DNA of 64,000 nt. Origin: Nematocida ausubeli (Eukaryota). The translations under genes were made by a program, and so were the position numbers. This document shows positions 29,696 to 40,523 of the stretch, piece by piece. Position 1 is the stretch's first letter, and every line of letters begins with the position of its first letter. The stretch covers positions 475,156 through 539,155 of the forward strand of contig NW_026515634.1 of the NCBI RefSeq assembly GCF_000738915.1, given 5' to 3'. The notes beneath the pieces are model-generated. The model had not been told where the DNA came from. It made no database searches and was given only the letters and a program-made list of their open reading frames with translations.

Positions 29696-30711
29696 CGTAT
29701 AATAAATTGTACCTAGTATTTTTGAAGAAAGGTCCATACAGCCTGAAAGAGACTGTGTATAAGTGTCTGGTGTGCTAGTCTGTGTATACGTATAGACCAT
29801 GATTTTATGCTAAAGGTGCGATAGTAAAGAGACTTCTATATAGGAGAAAGCTTCCTTTCTGTTTGGTTTGAATGTACGTTAGCAAATATTTAAATTTTAA
29901 GTAAAGCCACTGGAATAAAGGCATTTTCTAAGCTAGAATGCCTTGGTATTTAGAAATTTGCAAGTTTCAATTCCAAGATAGACTGAGCAAGAAGATCCCA
30001 CCAGCATGCATATGTACTAAAATAGGCACAAATTAGTGCCATAACAGAACACTAACAGAAACACCACAAATTTAGAACAAAACTATTCTTTTCTTTCGCA
30101 CACTTGGAATTAGCACTTATGAAGATCCAGAGACATAAATAAAAACGGAAGTAAATATTAAACTTCACATATGCATTAAACTTATCTATTCAAGCTGTAT
30201 TAATTCTATTATTATAATACAACAGCCTCTGCAGACATAATATTTTTCTGTAGATTTGTTTCTATCTGCACAACTTTTCTTATTTATGTTCTGTATGCTA
30301 GTATTAATACACATAATAAATTGCTTAAATAGCACCCACATCAAACTGATGTGTCCCTAAATATTCAGAAGTCACTGCCAGAAAATACCCTCGTATTTAT
30401 GTCTTACACATTGTCTTCGCTTGTATTATGCATTCTTTGCACACTTTTCTTCTATAACGTATTTTGTCTCAATTTTCATTAAAGATACTTTACTCCAAAG
30501 AGTATTTCCTGTATATCTTATCCACGTGCATGCTAATTCTCTTGGAAAATATGTCCTACATTATTAGAACTTGCTATAAATCACAGTCATTCATGAAGTA
30601 GACTGTGGTTTGTCTCTTTTTTATCTTCCTTTGTGTCTTTTTATCTTATTATTCGTATCTATTAGCTGCGAAACTAATTATTTAGTTGTTTCTTGGATAT
30701 TTTCTTTTTCA

Positions 30712-33700
30712 ATGGCGCAGAAAGAAAAAACAGTAGAGGAAATATACCAGAAGAAAACTCCAATAGAGCATGTTCTCCTGCGGCCAGATACATATATTGG
30801 CTCTGTACAGCCTGAGACAAGAAATATGTATGTTTGGTGTGCAGAAACAATGAAAATGGTGAGGAAGGAAGTGACATACACACCAGGACTCTACAAAATA
30901 TTTGATGAGATATTGGTGAATGCAGCAGACAACAAGACCAGAGACAAGCGCATGAGTGAGATAAGAATTGAGGTGGACAGAAAAACTTCAACAATATCTG
31001 TGTGTAATGATGGACAGGGAATACCTGTAGTAATACACGCAAAGGAGAATGTGTACGTACCAGAGCTGATTTTTGGGCATCTTCTGACTTCGTCTAACTA
31101 TGATGATGCAGAGAAGAAAATGACTGGAGGAAGAAATGGGTACGGAGCAAAGCTGTGCAATATTTTCAGCACAAGGTTTGTAATAGAGACAGCTGATAAG
31201 AAGAACAAAAGGATGTTCAGGCAAGTGTACACAAATAACATGCTGAGCAAGGAAGAGCCAGAGATCACGCCATTCAGTGGGGCAGAGTACACGAAAGTTA
31301 CATTCCAGCCAGATCTTGCTAAGTTTGGCATGAAAAGAATAGACGATGACTTTATGTCTATGATTATGAAGAGAGTCTACGACCTGGCAGGAACTGTGGC
31401 AGGAATAACTGTGTACTACAACGGGGAGAAGATAGGCGTAAGCAACTTTAAGGAGTACATTCGGCTGTTCTTTGACAGCGATGTTGAGATAGCATATGAG
31501 TCAAAGGACCGGTGGGAGGTCGCGTATGTCCTAGGGGACGAGCAGTTTCAGCACGTCAGCTTTGTGAACAGAATTTCCACACCAAGAGGAGGTACGCATG
31601 TGAACTACATTGCAGACCAGATTGTGGCAGCAGTTGTGGAGCAGACCAAGAAGGTTGAAAAAGGCCTTGTGGTTCGCCCTGTCCAGGTAAAGGCTAACAT
31701 ATTCCTGTTTCTGAACTGTCTCATCGAAAACCCTGCATTTGACTCGCAGACAAAGGAAACTCTCACTCTGAAGCAGTCTTCGTTCGGGTCAAAGCACGTG
31801 CTAGGAAGCAGGTTTATAGCGGACATCATGAAAAGTGGGATTGTAGAGAAGTCAGCCTACGCTGCAAGGGCCAAACAGACACAGCAGCTGAAGAAGACAG
31901 ATGGACACAAGACATCCAAGCTAAGAGGAATTCCTAAACTAGATGATGCAAATAACGCAGGAACCAGGTTTGCATCACAGTGCACTCTAATACTAACGGA
32001 AGGAGACTCTGCCAAGTCCCTGGCTGTCTCAGGGCTCTCTGTCATTGGCAGAGACAACTACGGAGTGTTTCCCTTGCGAGGTAAACTTCTGAATGTAAGA
32101 GAGGCAACGCACAAGCAGCTCATGGAGAATATTGAGATAAATAATATCAAGAAGATCATGGGTCTGCAGCATGGAAAGGAATATGCTACAACGGAGAGTC
32201 TGAGGTATGGGCACATAATGATCATGACGGATCAGGATCACGATGGAAGTCACATCAAAGGGCTTATCATAAATATGATAGACCACTTCTTCCCATCCCT
32301 TCTGAGAATCAAAGGCTTCCTACAGGAGTTTATCACTCCAATTGTAAGAGCCACTAAAGGATCAATGTCTAGAGACTTTTTCACTATCCCAGAATTTGAG
32401 TCCTGGACAGAGACTGCAGAGGGAAGGGAAAATGGATGGAGAGTGAAGTACTACAAGGGTCTGGGTACAAGTACCGCTAAAGACGCAAAGGACTATTTCT
32501 CAAATCTGGACTTCCACATTAAGGAGTTTAACACAGTGGACTCTGTGGACAGAGACAAGATTGAGCTGGCATTCAGTAAGAAGAGAGTTGAGTCAAGAAA
32601 GGTCTGGCTTAAGGAGTTTGTTCCAGGGACGTACTTGGACAACCGGGTGCAAGCCATCTCGATAAAGAACTTCATTGACAGAGAGCTAATCCACTTCTCC
32701 CTGGCAGACAACATTAGGTCTATTCCAAACATGATTGATGGGATGAAGCCTGGGCAGAGAAAGATCATTTTCTGTTGCTTTAAGAGGCAGCTTAGAACAG
32801 AGATAAAGGTAGCACAGCTGGCGGGTTATGTCTCAGAGCACTCGGCATACCACCATGGAGAGCAGAGCTTGTGCTCAACAATTGTCAATCTGGCACAGGA
32901 CTATGTTGGATCAAACAACATACCTTTGCTGCAGCCAATTGGACAGTTTGGAACACGTCTTCAGGGTGGAAAGGACGCAGCCAGTCCAAGATACATCTTC
33001 ACAGCACTGCAGCCAATCACCAGGTATCTTTTCAGAGAGGAAGACGACAATCTTCTCAACTACCTAAAGGACGACAATCTTATGGTTGAGCCTGATATGT
33101 ACGTTCCCATTATCCCAATGGTCTTGGTGAATGGATCAGACGGAATTGGAACTGGCTGGAGTACATGCATTCCACCGTACAATCCAATTGAGATTGTGGA
33201 TAATGTGAAGAGGATGATAATGGGTAAGGAGCCCAAGGAAATGATTCCCTGGTACAAAGGGTTTGTGGGAGAGTGCGATGATCTGGGCAGTGGAAAGTAC
33301 AGAACAATAGGTGCGTTTGAGCAGGAAAAGGACAAGATAAGTATACTAGAGCTTCCTGTTGGCGTCTGGACACAGAACTACAAAGACTTCCTGGAAACAC
33401 TAATTGAGTCTGGGGACATAAAAGACTTCAGAGAGTACAACACGGATACAAGAGTTAACTTTGAGGTAGTAGTAAGCACCAAGCACAAGATAAATGTGCC
33501 CAAGGTGTTCAAGCTAAGCAACCAGATTTCCATAGCAAACATGGTCGCATTCAACAGCAAAGGTGTTCTGCAGAAGTATGCAAGCACAACAGAAATACTG
33601 AAGGAGTTCTTTATAGTGCGAAGAGACCTGTATGTTAGAAGAAAAGACTTTTTACTGAAAAAGCTGCTGACAGAAACCACCATCCTGGAAAACAAGGTGC

Positions 33701-34272
33701 GTTTCATCAAGGAAGTTGTGGCTGATACCTTGAAGATTCTGAAAAGAAAGTCTTCTGATGTCATCAACGATCTTACTGCAAAGGACTACCATAAAAAAGA
33801 CAATTCATACGACTATCTCCTGACCATGCAAATTGCATCACTGACAACAGAAAGAATGGAGAAGCTGGAGAACGAGGCTGCTGGAAAGAGAAGCGAGTAC
33901 ATAAGGCTTAAGGCTGTGTCCATTGAGGACATGTGGCTTGCTGATTTGGATGAGTTCTTAGGGAAGCTTGACCTAACTGTAAAGGATGACGCCCCAGGCC
34001 CAAGAAAGAAGGGAAGAAAGATGAAGAATAAGGGCACAGAGAGCACAAAAGGTAACTCGCAGACTGCAAAGGCCACATCCACAAAAGCAAAGAAGGAAAA
34101 GATATCGATTCTGGACAGTGACAGCGACATGTCCCACACCACAGTAGCAGACAGCCCAAGGACCCCGCCTGCCTCACTTAAATCCAAGAAATCTGGTAGA
34201 GAAGCAGAACCACCCAGACATGTATCCAAGCCATGGGAAAAGGTAATCTCAACAACAGATGAGGATGAATAG
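30712..34272 (+). CDS. TOP2: DNA topoisomerase II
   Basis: EHVLLRPDTYIGS, GGRNGYGAK, TEGDSA, PLRGK, DQDHDG, ASPRYI (catalytic Tyr). Start taken at ATG MAQKEK. Confidence 0.98.
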   Translation: MAQKEKTVEEIYQKKTPIEHVLLRPDTYIGSVQPETRNMYVWCAETMKMVRKEVTYTPGLYKIFDEILVNAADNKTRDKRMSEIRIEVDRKTSTISVCNDGQGIPVVIHAKENVYVPELIFGHLLTSSNYDDAEKKMTGGRNGYGAKLCNIFSTRFVIETADKKNKRMFRQVYTNNMLSKEEPEITPFSGAEYTKVTFQPDLAKFGMKRIDDDFMSMIMKRVYDLAGTVAGITVYYNGEKIGVSNFKEYIRLFFDSDVEIAYESKDRWEVAYVLGDEQFQHVSFVNRISTPRGGTHVNYIADQIVAAVVEQTKKVEKGLVVRPVQVKANIFLFLNCLIENPAFDSQTKETLTLKQSSFGSKHVLGSRFIADIMKSGIVEKSAYAARAKQTQQLKKTDGHKTSKLRGIPKLDDANNAGTRFASQCTLILTEGDSAKSLAVSGLSVIGRDNYGVFPLRGKLLNVREATHKQLMENIEINNIKKIMGLQHGKEYATTESLRYGHIMIMTDQDHDGSHIKGLIINMIDHFFPSLLRIKGFLQEFITPIVRATKGSMSRDFFTIPEFESWTETAEGRENGWRVKYYKGLGTSTAKDAKDYFSNLDFHIKEFNTVDSVDRDKIELAFSKKRVESRKVWLKEFVPGTYLDNRVQAISIKNFIDRELIHFSLADNIRSIPNMIDGMKPGQRKIIFCCFKRQLRTEIKVAQLAGYVSEHSAYHHGEQSLCSTIVNLAQDYVGSNNIPLLQPIGQFGTRLQGGKDAASPRYIFTALQPITRYLFREEDDNLLNYLKDDNLMVEPDMYVPIIPMVLVNGSDGIGTGWSTCIPPYNPIEIVDNVKRMIMGKEPKEMIPWYKGFVGECDDLGSGKYRTIGAFEQEKDKISILELPVGVWTQNYKDFLETLIESGDIKDFREYNTDTRVNFEVVVSTKHKINVPKVFKLSNQISIANMVAFNSKGVLQKYASTTEILKEFFIVRRDLYVRRKDFLLKKLLTETTILENKVRFIKEVVADTLKILKRKSSDVINDLTAKDYHKKDNSYDYLLTMQIASLTTERMEKLENEAAGKRSEYIRLKAVSIEDMWLADLDEFLGKLDLTVKDDAPGPRKKGRKMKNKGTESTKGNSQTAKATSTKAKKEKISILDSDSDMSHTTVADSPRTPPASLKSKKSGREAEPPRHVSKPWEKVISTTDEDE

Positions 34273-34588
34273 CTTTAAATGAAAATAAACTATTGCTACA
34301 GCAAGGTATTCCCATATTTGCGCCCATTATTCCACACTCTTAAAGACTCACCCAAATATATTTTGCTGCTGTCTTCTCTCTCTAGTACCACATACTCTAT
34401 ATTATTCTAAATTTTCCTGTAATTTTACTTTTATAAATAAAATCCTGTACTTATTTTCCCTCTATGTACAAGTTTATATTTACAAGACTGCATAAAACTA
34501 AATAATAGAAAATAGAGAATGAAAAAGAAAGAGCAACAGAAGGAAACAGAAAAAAACAAGAAAAGACATGGATTAGACACCTATTACT

Positions 34589-35401
34589 TTATTTACTCTG
34601 CTCAATCTCATTTAACAGCACAACTGGGCGGACCGTTGAGCATATAAAGCTGTTTACATCGAGCTTGTCCATGTAATTCTTCATCTCACGGGGAATTTGC
34701 CTAGGAATATTATTCATTAGTTCCTGAATGTTGTTCATTGTCTCAGTGTCATATCTCTTCTCTCCATTTGCAACTGCCAGAAGATACTCCTCTATGGAGG
34801 CAAGGCCTTTTGAGAGCTCGCATAGTGCTTCCTTTGTGCGTGCAATCTTATTTTCTACATCCCCAATGTTTACGTCTTTTATGTCCTCGACTAGCTGCTC
34901 AACACCCACTTCTTCTGCCTCCTCGGCCTCTATCACAAATGGAACATGCGCAAACACAAACTGCGTAGACTCGTTGTATGTTGCACTCTCCCGCTCCAGC
35001 TTGTAGCACTTGACTGGGCTGCCGTCCTTTGCTTGCTCCACATCAATCACAGCTAAAATTGGATCATTGCAATAACTTCTAAATGTCTGCGTGATCTGAA
35101 GATCATTCTTATGAAGACCCTCGCCTGTGTGGTACCACCCAAGAATGTACTCCATATTATTTACCTTGCTAAACAGCTTATACATGTTCTCGTGATACGA
35201 GGTGTCAAAGAACCACACATTAGGATTATCCTCCAACTCATCAAACGGCACTGCGTACGAATTTGTCACGTGAGTGACACCATTCTCTACTCGGCCCAAC
35301 AGAGTACCAACAACACGAGGCTGGTCCATTCGCCTGTAATGGTCGGTGGCAGAAAGTAAAACAAGAGGATGAACAACAATTGCCTTTGTAAGTGACTGCA
35401 T
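34589..35401 (-). CDS. RPN8: 26S proteasome lid subunit Rpn8 (PSMD7)
   Basis: VHPLVLLSATDHY, NSYAVPFDE, VWFFD, GWYHTG, EAEEAEEVGVEQL. Confidence 0.95.
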   Translation of the reverse strand: MQSLTKAIVVHPLVLLSATDHYRRMDQPRVVGTLLGRVENGVTHVTNSYAVPFDELEDNPNVWFFDTSYHENMYKLFSKVNNMEYILGWYHTGEGLHKNDLQITQTFRSYCNDPILAVIDVEQAKDGSPVKCYKLERESATYNESTQFVFAHVPFVIEAEEAEEVGVEQLVEDIKDVNIGDVENKIARTKEALCELSKGLASIEEYLLAVANGEKRYDTETMNNIQELMNNIPRQIPREMKNYMDKLDVNSFICSTVRPVVLLNEIEQSK

Positions 35402-35552
35402 AACAAACAAAATTAAAATGAAATTATTAAATCCAAAAGAATTCTGGAATTTCGCAGTAGATAAGACAAAGGCACAGCAGCCACAAAGAAAGCATTGCAG
35501 CTACTCACCAAGCACTGGATATACATAAGTGTTCTCCAATAATGAAAAAACA

Positions 35553-37052
35553 CTAAAGGCACCTGCTCCGGACATGTCCAGAAAGAGTCCATCGGGAAAG
35601 GAGAACTGAGTGCATGTTGATGTTTATCAAGTACGAAATGAACATCAAAAAAAGACCAACAATATGACCAAGTGTGAAATCATGCGTATAAAGGACAACA
35701 GACAAAAGAAGTGAAAAGAATTTCACTCCTATCTGAAGACCCATTCTATTGACGTCCTTCTTCTCTGTGAAGATTGCTCCTTCTTCTGTCGACAGAAATC
35801 GGATATAGTAGAGCAGACTGGATGCAAGAAATAGATCCTTTCGAAAGCGGCAGATCCAGTCATGCAGTCCACTGCTATGGAAAAGCAAAACAATGCATAG
35901 TACTAGTGCCCCAAGTAAGTTAATTATGATTGTAATAAAGTCATTCTGAACACCAAATCTCTTACACAGAACAATTTGTCCTGCCTCCAGTGCAACCTCC
36001 ATTATGGAGTGAAAGGCCATGTATGCTGCAGCTGCAATTTTTCTTTGCTCCAAAAATGCATGAAAATAAGAAGTATTTTGGCCTGCGCATATCATTTTAA
36101 CAAAAGACAGTGCTAAGTAGTCTATTTCTGGTGTACTCTTATTGCCATTTCTTCTAGCCATCTTATTAAATATCTCTTTGATTCCGGCCTTGCCAACTAC
36201 TTCCTTAGACCTGTTTCCATGCAGGAGAAGAAGAGTTTTATAGTATTTTTGTGCCTGGTCCTTTAAGGGGGCAGCGTAGTCCTGAGGAGGTAGCTCATTT
36301 TTTAGTATTCCAGCAATAAATGCTTCTTCTTCACACGGTACATCAGATGAAGAAAGAAATTTCTTCGTGTAGAAGTAAAGAAATCGAAGAGACAGTCGGA
36401 CAATCTTTACCTTGTCATATTCATGGATGGCCCGAGGATCATGCAATGTACTAAGCCGTTCTAAGTACCTAATGCTCTCTACTTTTTCCTCGCGTGTAAA
36501 GAGGTATATGAATATGCCTGCAGTAGCCATTCCAATGGACATTTTCATGCGGTAGGAGATGCTTCTTCCTATGATGCTCTGAGGAGCAGGGAATAGCCTA
36601 AATGAACGAATTATAGAGAAGGTTGGGTATGATATGTACTCCATGCTTTTGTACAGCATGAGTTTGTTCAGAATGTTAATGCACACAAGACAGAGTGTCA
36701 TTAAGACAAATTTGCACTGATGGAGGGTCCTTTGTAGACCAGACTCATTTCTCTCCAGGCCATCCAATCCATATTCTGCCACTTTAGGGCGCTTGATCTG
36801 ATGGGTCTTCCTTTTAGACTGTGTCTCATGCTTCTGCCCCCTTTTTGAAGAGTTTTTCCTTCTTCTACTGTGCAGTGCAAGAAAGAACAGAGAGAGACCA
36901 ATGTACACAATTGACTGCGAGAAAATAATTGACACTCCATCCAGAAATCTATACGCCCGCAATCCGCATGTGATCATGCTTTCATTGTAGTAGCCATATA
37001 TTATTCGCAATGCATATTCACCAAAACCAGCAGCACTCTTAACAAAAACCAT
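35553..37052 (-). CDS. UAA-family nucleotide-sugar transporter (Hut1/SLC35B-like) with large insertion
   Basis: YKSMEYISYPTFSIIRSFRLFP resembles Y.ALKY.SYPT....KS.KL.P, and KFFSLLLSVVLY.H.....IVG matches the family C-terminus. Start taken at MVFVK. Confidence 0.7.
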   Translation of the reverse strand: MVFVKSAAGFGEYALRIIYGYYNESMITCGLRAYRFLDGVSIIFSQSIVYIGLSLFFLALHSRRRKNSSKRGQKHETQSKRKTHQIKRPKVAEYGLDGLERNESGLQRTLHQCKFVLMTLCLVCINILNKLMLYKSMEYISYPTFSIIRSFRLFPAPQSIIGRSISYRMKMSIGMATAGIFIYLFTREEKVESIRYLERLSTLHDPRAIHEYDKVKIVRLSLRFLYFYTKKFLSSSDVPCEEEAFIAGILKNELPPQDYAAPLKDQAQKYYKTLLLLHGNRSKEVVGKAGIKEIFNKMARRNGNKSTPEIDYLALSFVKMICAGQNTSYFHAFLEQRKIAAAAYMAFHSIMEVALEAGQIVLCKRFGVQNDFITIIINLLGALVLCIVLLFHSSGLHDWICRFRKDLFLASSLLYYIRFLSTEEGAIFTEKKDVNRMGLQIGVKFFSLLLSVVLYTHDFTLGHIVGLFLMFISYLININMHSVLLSRWTLSGHVRSRCL

Positions 37053-37255
37053 CTTTTCCAATTTGAATTTTATTTTTATGTGCACTGCTGTGCATACGTC
37101 TCTGCAGAATCTGCTGCAGACAGCCATATTTCACCCAAGCATTTCTTTATTTTCATTAAAATCTCTATAACAGAAATAATACCTGAATATATTTATAGGA
37201 AATTCCAAAAAACAAAAATAACGAAGACCTGCATAGACTAGTATATGCATGTAAA

Positions 37256-37516
37256 CTACTTTGTGTCGCATATCATATAGTCATCAAGGGAGAAGCAGAT
37301 GTAGTTACTTGATGAGTTTGGAATTGCAAGTTCCTCAGATACAAAATAGTACACGGAGAGAAACCTCCACAGCATATCTCCAGTAATAGCATTTGGTTTT
37401 TTAAGCTTCCTTAGTGTATTTGCCACAATAAAGTGCCGGGCAGGCCCCTCTGGAAAAACATTCCCAAGTGCCTTCAGAATTCGAATGTTCATTACTACTT
37501 CGGACGGAACAGTCAT
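37256..37516 (-). CDS. EAF7: NuA4 subunit Eaf7/MRGBP (CT20 family), minimal form
   Basis: IRILKAL...PEGPARHF...LWRFLSVYY...FSL matches the CT20 pattern P.G..KHF...IW..L...Y...FSL. Confidence 0.65.
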   Translation of the reverse strand: MTVPSEVVMNIRILKALGNVFPEGPARHFIVANTLRKLKKPNAITGDMLWRFLSVYYFVSEELAIPNSSSNYICFSLDDYMICDTK

Positions 37517-37593
37517 TAGCAAATATTTTCACACAAGCAGATTCATATATGCTAAATTAAAGACATTGCAAAATATTTGCACCCCTGTAAAAT

Positions 37594-39537
37594 ATGCAAG
37601 ATTCTAGAAAGCGAGGAAGAAAGCCACGAGAAGGTGAGAAAATGGACAGAGTAGATGTTGTGTGTTTTAAATGCCCATATAGCGCATGTGGACTGCAATA
37701 CCAGTCAAGTCTGGGGTACAAAAGGCACTTGATGTACTACAAGCACTCAATCTTTACGCCGTCCAATAAAAAAATAGTTTGCGGGTACATGGACTGCACT
37801 GCAACAGAAAATCTTCGAGAACACATCACGAGGGAGCACATGGCAGATGCAGCAGAACTTTTGGAGGCGTACGAAATAATGATAAAGGTAGGTGAAGAGA
37901 CAGAAGAAGTAAGCACAGCAGGACTAATAGGCGACATAGTGCATGACGAAGGACTGCTAGATATATCAAAGGTTATGACTGAGGATGGAATTGTAAAGGA
38001 GATTTTACTATCGATATTTCCAAAGGGAGTGACGCACATTATAGACATGGACACATTCTCTGAGAGTAACCAGATATTCTACTGCAGGATACCCGGGTGC
38101 GGCAGGCAGTTCAAGAGCCTAATGGCATATAAATACCACTGCGGCAAGTTTACGCATCTTTTCAAGTCTATAATAGACGACTACACAGAAAAAAATGGGC
38201 CTCTGGACTATGAGGAAATAAAGGGCATATTCAAGAAGAAGTTCAACCTGGAGAACAGATTCCTGCTTGAAGGAATATCGCACCATCTTATGCGAATGCC
38301 AGACCAGCACTACAACTTTATCTTTACGTTCGACGACACACAGCTTGGACATGAAAAGAGAAGAATTAAGAAGAAAGGAGTTGACATGATTTCAGAGTAC
38401 AGCATTGGCTCAGAAGACAGGCATGATTACGACGAGGATGATGTAAAGAGAGTTAGAGAGGAGGAGCCAGATGACAAGTCGCACTTTAAGATTGACTCGA
38501 TTGTGTTTAATGGCCGGCAACTGCCACACGTGCAGAGCTGCGAGCAGGGAAGAGTGGCCTTTCTGAATTTGTACTTGGAGGCGATGCTTTTGGCCGTGGT
38601 AGAGGACCATGTGATTGTAGGCACAAAGGGAGAAGTGGATGAGGATGATGAGCACCAAGAAATAGGAAAACCCCATAATATATTCACGTTCTCCAGTGGA
38701 AGTGCAGTTTTCTTCGTTCTGGCAAAGAACAAGATACTGAGTGAAACAACCTTTGAAGGATACGGATTCCCAAGGAAGCTCATGCCGCACAAGCAAAAGA
38801 CCATGCTTGTGCTCTTCAATGACGGTGCACTCAGAGAACTGTCAATAAATGCAGACCTAAAGCTGGAGATAGTGCAGGTTATTAAGACAAAAGCACAAGT
38901 GGTTAGTTTCACGATATTCCAGGGCGACATAATTGTCTGCAGCCACAGGATGCTAATTAACCTATCCAGCAAAAAGGAAAGAGCATTTGAGTCCCCAATT
39001 ATTTCGCTGGAGACAACAAATGACTCTATTATTGTAGTAGACTCAAATGGAAGAACCTGCTGCATAAACTCTTTGTTTGAGGATGTGGCTGCAATTCCAT
39101 CAAAGGTAGGCACAAATGTCGTTACGTGGCTGGATGAAGAGCCAGGTCTTTTCTTCATTAGCAACTCGCTGTACGGCATGGGAAGAGTATATTCTGCAGC
39201 TACAAACAGCACACTATTAATCTCTCCACATGCCTGCACGCATGTAATCCTTATAAAGCCAGGGTTCATAGCATCGTCAGGACTAGATGGCTCTTTCTGT
39301 GTTTCTTCTTACAGAACAGACCCGAAGGTGTACATGAAAGTCCTCAGAACTGAGATACGGGGTGACGAGTTGTTTATTGCAACATCTGAGGAAGAGCATG
39401 CTTTGACAGAAAATGTGCAGCCTATTTGCTCCCATGATTACAGAGTGACAATCCAGGGAATTGTAAAACACAACAGAAATCTAGTTGCTGTTCTGGCATG
39501 CGGGATAGTGATCATAATAGATAACTTTTTCATATAA
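37594..39537 (+). CDS. C2H2 zinc-finger plus beta-propeller protein (TFIIIC Tfc6/GTF3C2-like by inference)
   Basis: N-terminal RKRGRKPR; C2H2-type fingers (CPYSAC...YKRHLMYYKH, CGYMDC...REHITREH, CRIPGCGRQFKS...YH); C-terminal WD-like strands (LFNDGAL, SSGLDGSF). Confidence 0.7.
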   Translation: MQDSRKRGRKPREGEKMDRVDVVCFKCPYSACGLQYQSSLGYKRHLMYYKHSIFTPSNKKIVCGYMDCTATENLREHITREHMADAAELLEAYEIMIKVGEETEEVSTAGLIGDIVHDEGLLDISKVMTEDGIVKEILLSIFPKGVTHIIDMDTFSESNQIFYCRIPGCGRQFKSLMAYKYHCGKFTHLFKSIIDDYTEKNGPLDYEEIKGIFKKKFNLENRFLLEGISHHLMRMPDQHYNFIFTFDDTQLGHEKRRIKKKGVDMISEYSIGSEDRHDYDEDDVKRVREEEPDDKSHFKIDSIVFNGRQLPHVQSCEQGRVAFLNLYLEAMLLAVVEDHVIVGTKGEVDEDDEHQEIGKPHNIFTFSSGSAVFFVLAKNKILSETTFEGYGFPRKLMPHKQKTMLVLFNDGALRELSINADLKLEIVQVIKTKAQVVSFTIFQGDIIVCSHRMLINLSSKKERAFESPIISLETTNDSIIVVDSNGRTCCINSLFEDVAAIPSKVGTNVVTWLDEEPGLFFISNSLYGMGRVYSAATNSTLLISPHACTHVILIKPGFIASSGLDGSFCVSSYRTDPKVYMKVLRTEIRGDELFIATSEEEHALTENVQPICSHDYRVTIQGIVKHNRNLVAVLACGIVIIIDNFFI

Positions 39538-39574
39538 TACCAGATAATTAAATACGTCTGAAAATATTTTATTT

Positions 39575-39772
39575 ATGAATATGGTAATTGTCTGCGCAGG
39601 CCTGCCAGTTCTGCCACTGGCCGCCTATTTTGCAATGAAATTTGCAGAGGTGGATGTAATGTGGAGGGTGTTCACTGCAATGCTTCTTGTTATTTTGTAT
39701 GTTCTGGTTGTGGCTATTTTTGCTGCCAGAAAGGTAGAAGAAGAAGAGCTAAATAGAAAGAAAACAGTGTAA
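39575..39772 (+). CDS. VMA21: V-ATPase assembly factor Vma21
   Basis: 65 aa with two TM segments (LPVLPLAAYF...; ...ILYVLVVAIF), an acidic tail and a C-terminal KKTV dilysine ER-retrieval motif. Confidence 0.65.
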   Translation: MNMVIVCAGLPVLPLAAYFAMKFAEVDVMWRVFTAMLLVILYVLVVAIFAARKVEEEELNRKKTV

Positions 39773-40523
39773 GATGGAAAGCACACTAAATCAGATGTGT
39801 ATCTACTAGTGGAAATATATCTTACATATTTCAGTTTATCTGGGTCTAATAAATCTTATCAATTCATAGTATATTCTGGAAGATAAAATGAGTTTTCTTA
39901 GTTCACTCTCATGGGACTTTTCATATTCTTATCTAATATTTTGACAGGAATATCTTGAGTATTTTTACTATTCAAAGATTCATTCGGGTTATCTTCTGAA
40001 AAGGACTTGCCCAAATTATAAGACACATAATCAACATACCATATAATATAGCCTAAATTAACTTTTATTTCATGCGTATTTTGAAACCACTAAATTTCTC
40101 TCTTATTAAATTCTGGCTTATGGATTATTTAAAGACAGAGTGTTTTTGTAGAGATTTTTGACAGACAAATTAATACTTATATTACGGAGTGAAACAAGAA
40201 AAAGGGCAGATTCATTTACACCCAGATGACAGGACCATGCGATTACCCAAAAACTGAGCGTGTGCGGTGTAATATTGCACTCTAAAAAGTTGGCAAAATC
40301 TGAAAAAACCATAGAACTACACGAATACATTAGAATTCTCACTGCAGATGCAGAAGAGTACTAGCAAAGACCCATACGTATGAATCTTATTAAAGTGGCG
40401 TATGTACGATTGGTTTTATTCATGTTACAATACAAAGTAGGTACTTTATACACCTCTCAGTGGGCGCCATACAATCTCATAGTCTTGCAATTTCCATCTG
40501 GGACCTTCTTACATGAACTTGTG

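Noticed and set aside
30610..30711. TTG/GTG/CTG N-terminal extensions in the ORF track (TOP2, POL3, 40987, 21462, 35410)
   Set aside because: Artefacts of allowing bacterial start codons; homology and A/T-rich or CCC signals point to the downstream ATGs.
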